A DNA stretch of 63,737 bases, counting the filler, from Octopus bimaculoides (Eukaryota): the NCBI RefSeq assembly GCF_001194135.2. It is 8 parts of 6 records of this genome, joined end to end, with 100 filler letters (N's around TTAATTAATTAA, not from the genome) between each part and the next. Parts side by side here need not be neighbours in the genome. Positions count along the whole stretch, not along the records: positions 23,576 to 37,544 come from NC_068991.1; 7 more parts are not named here. One strand, written 5' to 3'. Below, piece by piece: positions 24,559 to 37,163 of the stretch (the stretch's first letter is position 1; each line of letters opens with the position of its first letter). The position numbers and the translations under genes are program-made. The notes under the pieces are model-generated. The model saw only the letters and a program-made list of their open reading frames with translations, searched no databases and was not told the DNA's origin.

Positions 24559-24766
24559 ACCGGAGTAAGCACATAAAATGTGCAACAAGGTGGAAAAAAG
24601 AGTACTCAAATGCCAGATGTAGAGTAATATGCTTTATTTAAAAGCAGCAGAAATATAACAAAAGACTGTTACTCTGAGTTTCACGTTCCCGTTCCGATGA
24701 ACGGGAACGTGAACGTGAAACTCAGAGTAACAGTCTTTTGTTATATTTCTGCTGCTTTTAAATAAA

Positions 24767-24767
<1 letters not shown>
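24559..24767. mobile_element. Fold-back non-autonomous element in (TA)n with a hammerhead-like core at the axis
   Basis: Arms 24632-24694 and 24699-24767 are perfect reverse complements except a 6-bp duplication. Confidence 0.75.
24694..24735 (+). ncRNA. Hammerhead-like motif (CCGAUGA core)
   Basis: CCGAUGA-ACG(GGAA)CGU-[GAACGU]-GAAAC-UCAGA-GUA^ACAGU; the 5' strand of stem I is replaced by the inversion. Confidence 0.55.
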
Positions 24768-24768
<1 letters not shown>

Positions 24769-24802
<34 letters not shown>

Positions 24803-24877
24803 AAACACACACACACACATATATGCATATATATATATATATATATATATACTCATACGCACACATACATGCATACA

Positions 24878-24911
<34 letters not shown>

Positions 24912-25115
24912 CATACATACATGTATATATATACGCACACATATGTATGTATGTATTATGCACGTATGTAAGTATGTAGGTAGGTCGGTCGATCGGTCGG
25001 TAGGTATGTAGGTAAGAAGGTAGGTATGTAGGTAGGTAGGTAGGTAGGTAGGTAGGTAGGTAATTAGGTAGGTAGGTAGGTAGGTAGGTAGGTAGTTAGG
25101 TAGGTAGGTAGGTAG
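24769..25115. repeat. Compound (TA)n/(TACA)n/(TAGG)n microsatellite
   Basis: Direct reading. Confidence 0.95.
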
Positions 25116-25497
25116 GTCATTCGTTGGCAAATATAAATTTATAACGGGAAACTTCGCTAACCGCTACATAAACGGCAGATGATCAAGTGCTAATAGCGTA
25201 TTCAACTTCCAATAAACATACATCTCTATTCCTTGTACTGAATAAATCCTTCGCTCCTTGATTGTGCCAATAATCTATCAATGTATCTTGTTGTCTCTGT
25301 GCTTGTGTTATACAGGTCATTATATCAGTCATGTTTCTATCTGTTTATCTATATAACCCTCCATCTGCTTATATTTCATCTGCCTACCTTCCTATCCATG
25401 TCTTCCTATTCATATATCAAACTATTCGTCTACCGTCTATCTCTGAAATTCATCTAGCTATGTATCATTCAATCTACATACCATCTTTCTATGACTT

Positions 25498-25792
25498 CTA
25501 ATTAATTATTATTTAATTAAAAAATTGATAGACCCCCCCACTCACACACACACACTCGGAAAATTAATTAATTAAATTAAAAATTATTTGAAAGCCGAAT
25601 TATTTGAAAATCGAATCTCTTCAGCCGTTTACTCAACATGAGGAAATTGAACGTCTATTTTGTAATCTTTATCTACCTCTGAAGAGATTCGACTTTTTAG
25701 TTTAATTAATTAAATTTCTAAGGGTCTGAATTGAAACAGCTTTAAGGGATGTTAGTTAATTTTTTAATTAATAAATAATTATTTATTAATTA
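25498..25792. repeat. AT-rich fold-back / MITE-like inverted repeat
   Basis: TCGAATCTCTTCAG (25611-25624) vs CTGAAGAGATTCGA (25679-25692), plus outer AT-rich arms. Confidence 0.55.
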
Positions 25793-26379
25793 CCGCTCTA
25801 TTTTCTTGTCTTATTATAATAAATAAAATATATATAAACCACGATTTAAATAGATACCTTGCAGTTGAGTATTAAATATTATGTTCAATATTCTTTGTCT
25901 AAGTAGTTAACCAATACTTTCATAGGATTTTGCTATCCCTGAATGAAATTTGTAACCTTTAATTGTGCTTGTTTCTCTCTCTCTCTCTCTCACTACACAC
26001 ACACANNNNNNNNNNNNNNNNNNNNNNNNNNNNNNNNNNNNNNNNNNNNNNNNNNNNNNNNNNNNNNNNNNNNNNNNNNNNNNNNNNNNNNNNNNNNNNN
26101 NNNNNNNNNNNNNNNNNNNNNNNNNNNNNNNNNNNNNNNNNNNNNNNNNNNNNNNNNNNNNNNNNNNNNNNNNNNNNNNNNNNNNNNNATATATATATAT
26201 ATATAAGTATGTATATAGTGTATTGGTATATACTACATAAATATATTCATCTATCTAACTTGTTAGTTATTCATCTATCTAATTTATATATACCTAGCTT
26301 TCTACATACTGCGCATCAAATGCTCTATCTATCGATCTATGTTTTCCTTGTTGCGTGTTGCAGTGCCTTTGACGTTAAC

Positions 26380-26800
26380 GGGCCTTCCGATACAGTTGAG
26401 ACGGATAACATGAATGTTCCTATCGAACGATTGCAGTCAATACTACCAGAGAAAAAAAAACATGAGTAGGCTGCCAGTCGGTGAAGGAAGGTCTACGCGT
26501 AGTTTAGTGCCTGGACAAGGAGGTTGGACAAACAAGTGCAATGAAAGGAGGATTAGCGTCAGGACTGGGAATGTTGTAATGGGGGAAGAAACAGTATGCC
26601 CCTGGACCTGGATGTGGTAGTGATTCTGAGAGTGTGTCTGAGTAATTCTATGCCAATCAGTTGAGCGACTCTTTAGTGTTTGCGGGCTAAAATGTCTGAG
26701 TCTGCAGCAACAGCACCGTTCCAGACACAATACTCCGTTGTGGGTTTCGCATGTGCTTTGTAGATCGTGAATAATCATTAAAGTGGGGTACAATCTCTTC
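26380..26800 (-). mobile_element. Old CR1/Jockey-like LINE C-terminal relic
   Basis: IYKAHAKPTTEYCVWNGA...RVAQLIG resembles the post-RT LYK..RP..EY...W.G motif. Confidence 0.55.
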
Positions 26801-26899
26801 TAGTCCTGACGAGAAGCGCCAGTCAATGAGATACTACTTACGTTTAGGTTGTGATTCCGCCAATAGATTTTCTTGATAACTGTAATAATTCAAAACGCT

Positions 26900-27060
26900 C
26901 TGGAACGATCGTAAGAGCACTGTGTGAAGAATTTTCTTGATATGCGTATCGATTACTGTTTTCTAGTCTTCCAAGGTTTCTTATAATTTTTAAGTAACTC
27001 TCAAACCATGAACAACAAATAAATAAGGATATATATAAAAAATTATGAACATAATTCGAA
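26900..27060 (-). mobile_element. Possible Tc1/mariner C-terminal relic
   Basis: ETLED*KTVIDTHIKKI resembles P.TLEDLK..I...I..I. Confidence 0.3.
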
Positions 27061-29052
27061 TGATAGAATCTTGATATTTCACGACCAGAGTTACGGAGGG
27101 AATTATGATATTGGAATTACAAAAGATTCTAATGGAACACATGAGGATAAAACAGAAAGATATATCAGACTAGAATAACATGGTGTCGAGTTTAAGGCAC
27201 GTTGGAAATTTGCATAGAGCTAATTAAGTTAGTGTATTTTTTAACTTCTTAATCGGGATGAAATGCAAAGCTCATGGGTGGGAAATGAAAGAAGAAATCT
27301 GGCATGAATGCTAAAATTACACAAGATATCTGCTAAAATTACACAAGATATCAGGTACTAGTGCTAAACCAGGTGGTGGGTTGAGTTTACCACTCAAGTG
27401 GGCCATTGCGATATTTGAATTCAGAGCAAAAAAAGAACACGGAAGAAATATCACAAGGTTTCTTGTCCTACATTCTCAGAGTTCTAATGTTCCACCGCCT
27501 TCAGCATTGCAATCATCATCAATTTAATGCAGAAAGAAATCAAGAAGGCCACTGTTGAGTTTCAAGATTACTGTTGAGTTTCGAACCACGTTTATCTCGA
27601 TTGCTGAATGGCTGTTCTATCTTCAATGCGACTGTAGTACTTTCTGTTTCTCAAATTTGTCATTAAAATGTCTGATATCATCTCTTGCTTGTTCATTATC
27701 AGTTTTCATCATCACCACCACCACCACACCTCATCCATGTCTTTTCTTTCCCCCCTTTTCTCCTCATGCGATCTTCTTCCTCCTCCTACCCCTACATCAA
27801 TATATACACACACATATTTTCCCTGTCTTTCTGTCTATCTATCAATCACTCAGCCCAAACTACCGCCGTCCTCTGTCCAAGTCTTACTGTCATGTTGATT
27901 GAACTGTGGTAGAAATTACATCACGTCACTGATATCTAATGTTTAATCTGTTACCCGATCGCTTGTTATTGACTGGAGGACGATGTTACCTTCTAGAATA
28001 TTTCAACTCAGGACCCCCACCTCTCTCCCTCTTTCAAATTGTATGTCTCCCACCCTCATACTCTCCCAGTACACAAACATACACATACACAATATAAACA
28101 CAACTCACACGCACACACAAACACGTATGTCTCCGTAAAGTCTGTCAGATTTCCAATTATAATAAAATGTTTAAATACTGCCATACTCGTAGGACACAAC
28201 TAACAAAACTAAACAAAGAGAATGGAGAAGAGAGGGAGAGAGAGAGAGAAGTAGATGGGTTTGCTATATTTGGTCCGATTATCGACCCTTGGAGTTCAAA
28301 TCCCACTGGAGTCGATTTTGCCCTTCATCTTGTCGAGGGCATGGACTAGAGAAATTTTGAAAGTGGTACATGAGGTGGTTTGTAACATTTGTTCCGTATA
28401 ATGGAGTTCTGAGTTCTGATGAATATATATATATATATATATATATATANNNNNNNNNNNNNNNNNNNNNNNNNNNNNNNNNNNNNNNNNNNNNNNNNNN
28501 NNNNNNNNNNNNNNNNNNNNNNNNNNNNNNNNNNNNNNNNNNNNNNNNNNNNNNNNNNNNNNNNNNNNNNNNNNNNNNNNNNNNNNNNNNNNNNNNNNNN
28601 NNNNNNNNNNNNNNNNNNNNNNNNNNNNNNNNNNNNNNNNNNNNNNNNNNNNNNNNNNNNNNNNNNNNNNNNNNNNNNNNNNNNNNNNNNNNNNNNNNNN
28701 NNNNNNNNNNNNNNNNNNNNNNNNNNNNNNNNNNNNNNNNNNNNNNNNNNNNNNNNNNNNNNNNNNNNNNNNNNNNNNNNNNNNNNNNNNNNNNNNNNNN
28801 NNNNNNNNNNNNNNNNNNNNNNNNNNNNNNNNNNNNNNNNNNNNNNNNNNNNNNNNNNNNNNNNNNNNNNNNNNNNNNNNNNNNNNNNNNNNNNNNNNNN
28901 NNNNNNNNNNNNNNNNNNNNNNNNNNNNNNNNNNNNNNNNNNNNNNNNNNNNNNNNNNNNNNNNNNNNNNNNNNNNNNNNNNNNNNNNNNNNNNNNNNNN
29001 NNNNNNNNNNNNNNNNNNNNNNNNNNNNNNNNNNNNNNNNNNNNNNNCTCTC

Positions 29053-29135
<83 letters not shown>

Positions 29136-29139
29136 ATTT

Positions 29140-29325
29140 GTTTGACGATCACTTTTCTACACCTGCATGGATGGGACGGAGTTCGTTCAGACTGATTTTT
29201 CTAACACCGGATGCCCCTCTTGTAGCCAAAACTCACCTGTTTTCGTGCGAAGAAATATTTCCCCTTGCTTAGAAACAGGTGAGTGTTGGAGACAGGAAGG
29301 CCATCGGACTGTAGAAAATCAGTTT
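29140..29325 (-). mobile_element. RTE-tail SINE fragment
   Basis: CCTGCATGGATGGGACGG...CCGGATGCCC...GGAAGGCCATC. Confidence 0.6.
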
Positions 29326-29854
29326 GGGTATAGGAATTGTTGACACATACATCATGAATATATATGTAAGTGTAAATGCATCAGAGCACAGCATTAGTGA
29401 TTTTATCCTTGCTTGAGAAATTCATTTCATGAGGTCATGTTGAAATCCTTAGATAAAACAGAATTCAAATATGATTCCCTGAATACTGAAATGGATACTT
29501 AAAATGTTCATGCTGAAACTATTGCAAGTGAATATATTTATCAGTTCTCATCAATATATAATAAAATTAGATCAATGCTACCCATCTCTCCAATCACATT
29601 AGATCGATAGTTAATATTCATACGAGCGATTTAACATAGTATCGCTTTCACACACAACCGATAGCAAAAGGTAAGATTCACACCTTATGTTATATACAGA
29701 TATGAAAATCCGGTCTCGTTTAAAAGCATCATGTCAGCCGCTACTTAAAGCGAAGCCTTGGAAATAGCAACTGTGAAGCAAGATTTTTCGTCAGCTGCTG
29801 AGCTGAAAATATACAAGAAAATAGATTGCCTTCCTCTAGAGGTTCCTTTGTTTC

Positions 29855-30051
29855 AGGTATTTGAATGTGACCATGTTGGGGCACCGCCTTGAAGGGTCTT
29901 AATCGAACATATTAACACTAAGATATTTTATAAAGCTTAGTACTTATTCTATCGGTCTCTTTTGCCAAACTGTTAAGATACGGAAAATTTAACACACCAG
30001 CACCGGCTGTCAAGCATCTGTGGAGGACAAACACAGACACGCACGCACACT

Positions 30052-30093
<42 letters not shown>

Positions 30094-30234
30094 ATTAGGG
30101 ATAAAATCCAAAATTCCAGGTAAAAACTCAATTAAAATCAATTTATTAAAAATTAAAATTAAATTAAGCTTCACAGTATAAAATATATCTAAATATATAG
30201 TATTAGGGAAAAGAACCAAGGTTTATGAACTCAT

Positions 30235-30265
<31 letters not shown>

Positions 30266-30420
30266 ATGTATATGTATATATACGACTGGCTACTTTTAGT
30301 TTCCTTCAACAAATTCCGCTCACAAGGCAGAAGACAATTGCCCAAGTTGCTATGCAGTGGGACTGAACTCGGAACCATGTAGTTGGGAAGCAAGCTTCTT
30401 ACCACAAAACCACACCTACG
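29855..30420 (-). mobile_element. SINE C with a 160-bp AT-rich insert in its internal TA tract
   Basis: C halves 29855-30050 and 30280-30420; insert 30080-30237. Confidence 0.75.
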
Positions 30421-30679
30421 CCTAATTAGATATCATTAGGAACTGTATTAAAAAATTTAAATATTTTGTTTAGTAAGGAACTATAATTAGTTTTATTGCA
30501 CATAAACTTTAACAACAAAATCTTATATAGACCCTTAAGGTTTATGTGGACCCTGGTCGACAACCTCTGCTCTGAACAACTCAAACGTTTAGAAGCAAAC
30601 GAGAGAGCCTTTATAGCAGTGCTTTCCAAGGGGTAAGTAAAGTAGTAAAGTTTTCTTCTCGTGTCATACCGAATCATAA

Positions 30680-30876
30680 TGGCCGCTTTCTAGGTTTCCA
30701 TGGCGTAGAAATTCCCCACCTGGATGGGACGCCGGTCCGTTGCAGGTTTGCTCATTTTTGCCAGCTGAGTGGACTGGAGCAACGTGAAATGAAGCGTTTT
30801 ACTCAAAAACACAAAGCGTCGCCCGGTCCTACAATCGAAACCACAATCTTACGACCACTAAGCCATGCGCTTCCAC
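30680..30876 (-). mobile_element. SINE family A, partial
   Basis: GCTGAGTGGACTGGAGCAACGTGAAATGAAG...CCACTAAGCCATGCGCTTCCAC. Confidence 0.7.
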
Positions 30877-31104
30877 GCCCAAGGGCTGGGTCAATACCTG
30901 ACTCCTAAAGGGACGATAACAACATGAAGTAAGCGATGTAAGCATATTAATTTCGGAATAGATAACAGCCGTTCCTTGCATTATACAAAAGGAGTATAAA
31001 TGTCGGAGTGCTTAGCAAGGATCCGAGTGTTAGGGTCTTCCATTTAAAAAGGTTTACAAAACACGGCTCTACACATTAGAAACTCGCTCAAATCACTATG
31101 CGGT

Positions 31105-31395
31105 GTTGACGACGACAATGGCGTCGATCATAGTGCTGCTGCTGCTGCTGCTGCCGTTGATGATGATGATGATGATGACGATGATGATGATGATGATGAT
31201 GACAACGAAGATGATAACGACGAGTACAATAACCACGACGATGACAACCGAAACTTACGATGGTGAAGAGGGCGACGACAAAGACATCTACGACGACGAT
31301 GATGACAGCGACAAAGACAACGACGACAGCGATGACAGCGACGACGATGACGACGACGACGATGATGATGATGACAACGATGATGACGACGATAA
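31105..31395. repeat. Compound (GAT/GAC/GCT)n trinucleotide repeat
   Basis: Direct reading. Confidence 0.95.
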
Positions 31396-31397
31396 TT

Positions 31398-32012
31398 CTT
31401 TTCTTACTCTAGGCACAAGGCCCGAAACTTTTAGAGAGGGGTTAGCCGATTAGACCGACCCAGTATGCAACTGGTACAAAGTCGACCACGGCGGAATTTG
31501 AACTCAGAACATAAAGACAGACGAAATACCGCTAAGCATTTCGCCCAGCGTGTAAACGTTTCTTATTTCTTTACTGCCCACAATGGGCTACACACAGAGG
31601 GAACAAACAAGGACAGACAATCGGATTAAGTCGATTATATTGACCCAATGCGTAACTGGTACTTATTTAATCGACCCCAAAAGGATGAAAGGCAAAATCG
31701 ACCTCGGCGGAATTTGAACTCAGAACGTAGCGGCAGACGAAATACCGCTAAGCATTTCGCCTGGCGTGCAAACGTTTCTTATTTCTTTACTGCTCACAAG
31801 GGGCTACACACAGAGGGGACAAACAAGGACAGACAAATGGATTAAGTCGATTATATCGACCCCAATGCGTAACTGGTACTTATTTAATCGACCCCAAAAG
31901 GATGAAAGGCAAAGTCGACCACGGCGGAATTTGAACTCAAAACGTAGCGGCAGACGAAATACCGCTAAGCACTTCGCCCGGTGTGCTAACGTTCCTGCCA
32001 GCTCACCGCCTT
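31398..32012 (-). mobile_element. Head-to-tail trimer of SINE B
   Basis: About 210-bp units joined at TTTCTTATTTCTTTACTGC junctions (31559, 31775). Confidence 0.85.
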
Positions 32013-32329
32013 ACGACAATGATGTTAACGGGTGATTGAGTAAGATACATTAATTACGTCTAGTGATATCGATAATAGTGGTACTGTAGGGGATTTCGAA
32101 GGTGGCAGTGGGAATTATAACGACCGTCTATTCTGGTGCCCCAAGATTCAATCAAGTAATCATATTGAAGTTATCTCCCTTGAATGCCCTTCTCTTCTGT
32201 TTTTAAATTCTAAACATACTACAGGGAGTTTCTTCTTTATCTATTAATTGTTTGAATAATCACCGATAACCGAAATTTTTCTATCAGGCCACTATACTAC
32301 ATATGGGAGACTTCTTTAACTGTCGCTGT

Positions 32330-33354
32330 TGTTGTTATTGTTGCTGCCTGTTTTCCTTGTCGATTCTACTAATTGTCATTGTTGCTGTTATTGTCGTGGT
32401 GGTCATTTTGACACTTCTGTTGTTGTCGTCGTTGTTCTCATTATTATTGTATTAGAATCGTAACAGTTATGTCTTCGCCATCACCATCGTCGCCGCTGTC
32501 ATCACCGTCGCTGTTGTTGTTGTTGTTGTTGTTGTTGTTGTCATTGCCGTCGATGCTGTTGTTCTTGTTCTTGTTGTTCTTGTCCTTTATTCGCCTTGTC
32601 AATTGTAATTTTCATTGTTAATGTCGCCGATATCGTTGCCATACTGGTTGTTGTCATCGTAGCTGTTGCCCTCGTCACCGTCGTTATTGTGATTGTTGTT
32701 GTTGTTTTTGTTGTTGCTGCTGTTGTTGTTGTTGTTGTTGTCATCGTCATCGTCGTCGTTGTTGTTGTCGGATCGTGCTTTTATCGCAAGGACGGAGAAG
32801 AGTGCCTGCGGCTAGAATTTTCGCAAGACATGAAGACGAGACGTCTACGATGGCCAAAAGAAGCTATTCATTTGTGTCTCCTCATCCTTCCACTTTACAC
32901 TAAACACTCCATACACATACACACACATTCATACATACATGAATGTGTGTGCGTGTGTGTCTGTGTGAGCACATGCGCGTGTGTTTGTATATGTGTGCAT
33001 GTGTGTATGTATGTATATGAACGAACGTTGCAACTCGTCCCTGCACTACCACTGTTACTTTCACTTTCAAAATCACCAAACAACGCCGTCGTCATGAACG
33101 TCACTACCGCTAATCTGTTTTACCCCGTCCACATCTTCACCTGTCACTATGACCCCTCATCGTTACCACCACCGTCACTATCGCCAACACTATCATCATC
33201 GTCATCGCCGTCGTCATCATTGTTGTCGTCATCATCATCATCACCATCACCATCATCATCATCATCATCATCAACATCATCATCATCACCATCACCATCA
33301 TCATCGTCATCATCTTCATCACCATCACCATCATCATCATCATCACCATCATCG

Positions 33355-33412
<58 letters not shown>

Positions 33413-33547
33413 CATCATCANNNNNNNNNNNNNNNNNNNNNNNNNNNNNNNNNNNNNNNNNNNNNNNNNNNNNNNNNNNNNNNNNNNNNNNNNNNNNNNN
33501 NNNNNNNNNNNNNNNNNNNNNNNNNNNNNNNNNNNNNNNCATCATCG

Positions 33548-33605
<58 letters not shown>

Positions 33606-33717
33606 CATCATCACCATCACCAACATCATCATCACCATCACCGTCATCATCATCATCATCAACATCATCTTCATCATCATCATTATCATCATCACCATCA
33701 TCATCACCATCATCATC

Positions 33718-33749
<32 letters not shown>

Positions 33750-33990
33750 CATCATCATCCACTTCATCCACTGACACGTATTCACTACCTTGATCATAGT
33801 TGTCTTTCATTCTACGCAACATTATCGTTCCTCGTGATCTTTACCATTCCAAAACCATTGTCCACATTCCGCCATCACCGCGAACATGAACACCGCTACC
33901 ATCACCACCAATATTATCATCATCTTCATCATCACCATAATCCTCATCAGCATCACTACCATCACAATCAATCACCATCATCATCATTAT
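32330..33990. repeat. (GTT/GTC)n and (CAT/CAC)n trinucleotide arrays
   Basis: Direct reading; source of the poly-V/S/H/D ORFs. Confidence 0.95.
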
Positions 33991-34207
33991 TACCATCACT
34001 CACCGTCACCGTTATCATCATCATTGTTGTTTGTGATTGTTTAGTCCCGGATCAATCCTTGGTCGATCCAACCTATCATTAAATGATTCCAGCCGTGACC
34101 ATCTTATCTATTGGATACCTAGGACTACACTAATGCATATAAGTCCCTTGGACATTACCGCCACGAGTCTTAAGACTTATAGGGCCGGTGACCTTGTTTC
34201 CATGACA

Positions 34208-34595
34208 CGTTGTTGTTGGCATTCCGTCGCTTACGACGTCGAGGGTCCCAGTTGATCCGACCAACGGAACAGCCTGCTCGTGAAATTAACGTGCAAGTGG
34301 CTGAGCACTCCACAGACAAGTGTACCCTTAACGTTGTTCTCAGGGATATTCAGCGTGACACAGTATGACAAAGCTGGCCCTTTGAATTACAGGTACAACA
34401 GAAACAGGAAGTAAGAGTGAGAGAAAGTTGTGGTGAAAGAGTACAGCAGGGTTCGCCACCATCCCCTGCCAGAGCCTCGTGGAGCTTTAGGTGTTTTCGC
34501 TCAATAAACATTCATAACGCCCGGTCTGGGAATCGAAACCGCGATCCTATGACCGCGAGTCCGCTGCCCTAACCACTGGGCCATTGCGCCTCCAC
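34208..34595 (-). mobile_element. Full-length SINE A (long-insert subfamily) with TSD
   Basis: TSD TTCCATGACA at 34198-34207 and 34596-34605; CpGs intact. Confidence 0.9.
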
Positions 34596-34934
34596 TTCCA
34601 TGACATGTAAGTGACCAAGATCGCAATATTTTCTCTGAACCTAGCGTCAGTCACTCACACGGTTATTCACTTACAGCTGAGTGATCTAGAAGGTGGGGGG
34701 CGTGAAATGAAGTGTTTTGCTCAAGAACACAACACAACGCCCGGTCCAGGAATCGAAACCAGTATCTTGTAATCGTTAATGCAGAATTCTAACCGGTGGA
34801 CTACACGCCTTCACTTAACGCATGTATCTTTACCTTATTTAAAACAGAAGCGTATGATTTGAGAAGATTAGACTAGTAATCCTAACCGGTCAAGCGACAT
34901 TGAAGAAGTTCCTTCGCTATAATTGTCATGATCG

Positions 34935-35485
34935 TTATTTTAGTCAATTCCCAGCTCAGCCTTAACGGCTTCGCAGCCATGATCATCCAGTTCTATCTTT
35001 ATTTCTTTTAGGATGTTACATGTTGTGATTTAAATGAGATTTAACTGCTATTTCTAGCAGGCCATTTTCCCCACTCGTTATCAGTTTTGTCGTTGTCTGT
35101 CATTACCGTCAATATTGTTACTGCCTTCGTCATCATTCCCCCCCAATTCCTCCACCATCACCGTCATTACTGATGTCTATCTATCCCTCATAAGTCACTC
35201 ATTTTAGTCCATTCCCAGCTCAGCCCTGATCCAGCAGACCTTTGATCAACGGCTTTCCAACCATGAACATCCAGTTTTATTTTCGTTTATTTCTTGTTAC
35301 ATGGTGTAATTTGAATGAGATTCGACTGCTATTTCTAGGAGATCATTTCTCCCATTGGTTATTAGTTTTGTCGCTGTCTGTCATTACCATCAATATTGTT
35401 ATTGTTTTCGTCATCCTCCCCACAATTCCTCTTCCATCGCCGCCATTACTGATGTCTATCTATTCCCCATAAGTCACTCATTTTG
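34935..35485. repeat. Diverged tandem duplication (about 265-bp unit)
   Basis: TTCCCAGCTCAGCC...CTGCTATTTCTAG...ATAAGTCACTCATTTT occurs twice. Confidence 0.8.
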
Positions 35486-35784
35486 TTCATGACTATTGCT
35501 ATCTTCACTGACTACAGAATTTCACCTCATCTACCGCTTCCCAGCGCCACCTTTTAACAAAAACCATTACTGTCACCGACACCATAACCAACGCAATCAC
35601 CACAACCACCACCACCACCACCACCTTCCAACACTGCTGCTGCTGTTACTGTCCACTAAACACCGCCGCCAACAACGGTGTTTGTAGCTACCACCATCTT
35701 TATTGCACAAGCTTGACCATCACCGATACAGCAGCAACTAATAATAACTAATACGACCACCAACACCACTACCTACCCATCAAC

Positions 35785-35941
35785 TACTACCACTACTTCT
35801 CGTGCTGCTATTACTACAACAACGACAACTACTACTACTACTACTACTACTACCACTACTTCTCGTGCTGCTATTACTACAACGACAACTACTACTACTA
35901 CTACCACTACTTCTCGTGCTGCTATTACTACAACAACGACA

Positions 35942-35988
<47 letters not shown>

Positions 35989-36035
35989 CACTACTTCTCG
36001 TGCTGCTATTACTACAACGACAACTACTACTACTA
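35785..36035. repeat. Minisatellite with variable (ACT)n core
   Basis: Unit CCACTACTTCTCGTGCTGCTATTACTACAAC.. x4. Confidence 0.9.
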
Positions 36036-36364
36036 NNNNNNNNNNNNNNNNNNNNNNNNNNNNNNNNNNNNNNNNNNNNNNNNNNNNNNNNNNNNNNNNN
36101 NNNNNNNNNNNNNNNNNNNNNNNNNNNNNNNNNNNNNNNNNNNNNNNNNNNNNNNNNNNNNNNNNNNNNNNNNNNNNNNNNNNNNNNNNNNNNNNNNNNN
36201 NNNNNNNNNNNNNNNNNNNNNNNNNNNNNNNNNNNNNNNNNNNNNNNNNNNNNNNNNNNNNNNNNNNNNNNNNNNNNNNNNNNNNNNNNNNNNNNNNNNN
36301 NNNNNNNNNNNNNNNNNNNNNNNNNNNNNNNNNNNNNNNNNNNNNNNNNNNNNNNNNNNNNNNN

Positions 36365-36367
36365 ATG

Positions 36368-36404
<37 letters not shown>

Positions 36405-36520
36405 TAATAATAATAATGATAATAATAATATTAATAATAATAATAATAATGATGATGATGATAATAATAATAATAATAATAATAATGATGATAATAATAA
36501 TAATAATAATAATAATGATG

Positions 36521-36610
<90 letters not shown>

Positions 36611-36625
36611 ATGATGATAATGATA
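36365..36625. repeat. (AAT)/(GAT)n microsatellite
   Basis: Direct reading. Confidence 0.95.
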
Positions 36626-37122
36626 TCAACAACAAAAGAAAAGTAAAAATCTAACATCAATAACAAAACCAACAACAACTGCCCGCACTTTTCCCCTCTT
36701 CCACTATCTTCGTCTATACGTAGTCTGACATCTTGATTGAATCTTGTTTGACCACTGTCCAGTTTCTTTAACAGGACAGCAGACTTGCTCGTGTGTAAAT
36801 ATGTCCTTTGGTAGCAAAAAAAAAAAGAAAGAAAAGAATGATAATGAAAGCAAGAAAACAAGTCGAAAAGAGAAGGAATTAGGAGGACAAAGAATGGTCC
36901 AGACATTGGAAACATTGAAGACCGGTAGGCTGGTGGGCGATGAGGTGAGTGGGTTGGTTGAAAATATAAGGAGTTCTGATGGAGTATGGCGGTTTGTGGA
37001 GAGGTAGGGAAAAATGGAAGCGATAAGAACAAAATTAAGTGAAGGAAGAACTGTAGAAAAGGCGACGAAAGAAAGAAGGAGAATGAGAATGATGTAGGAA
37101 AGAAATTAGAAATACGAGTATT

Positions 37123-37163
<41 letters not shown>

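Noticed and set aside
26355-26470. Plus-strand terminal exon AFDVNGPSDTVETDNMNVPIERLQSILPEKKKHE*
   Set aside because: Antisense to a CR1/Jockey-like LINE relic.
26842-26879. 38-nt minus exon with tacag| and |gtaagt
   Set aside because: Lies between two transposon relics and in frame with a Tc1-like C-terminus; no supporting partner exons.
31398-32012. CRISPR-like array
   Set aside because: Eukaryotic context; the units are whole SINE copies with no unique spacers.
32596-33822. Poly-V/S/H/D/M proteins
   Set aside because: Translations of trinucleotide microsatellites that are open in several frames on both strands.
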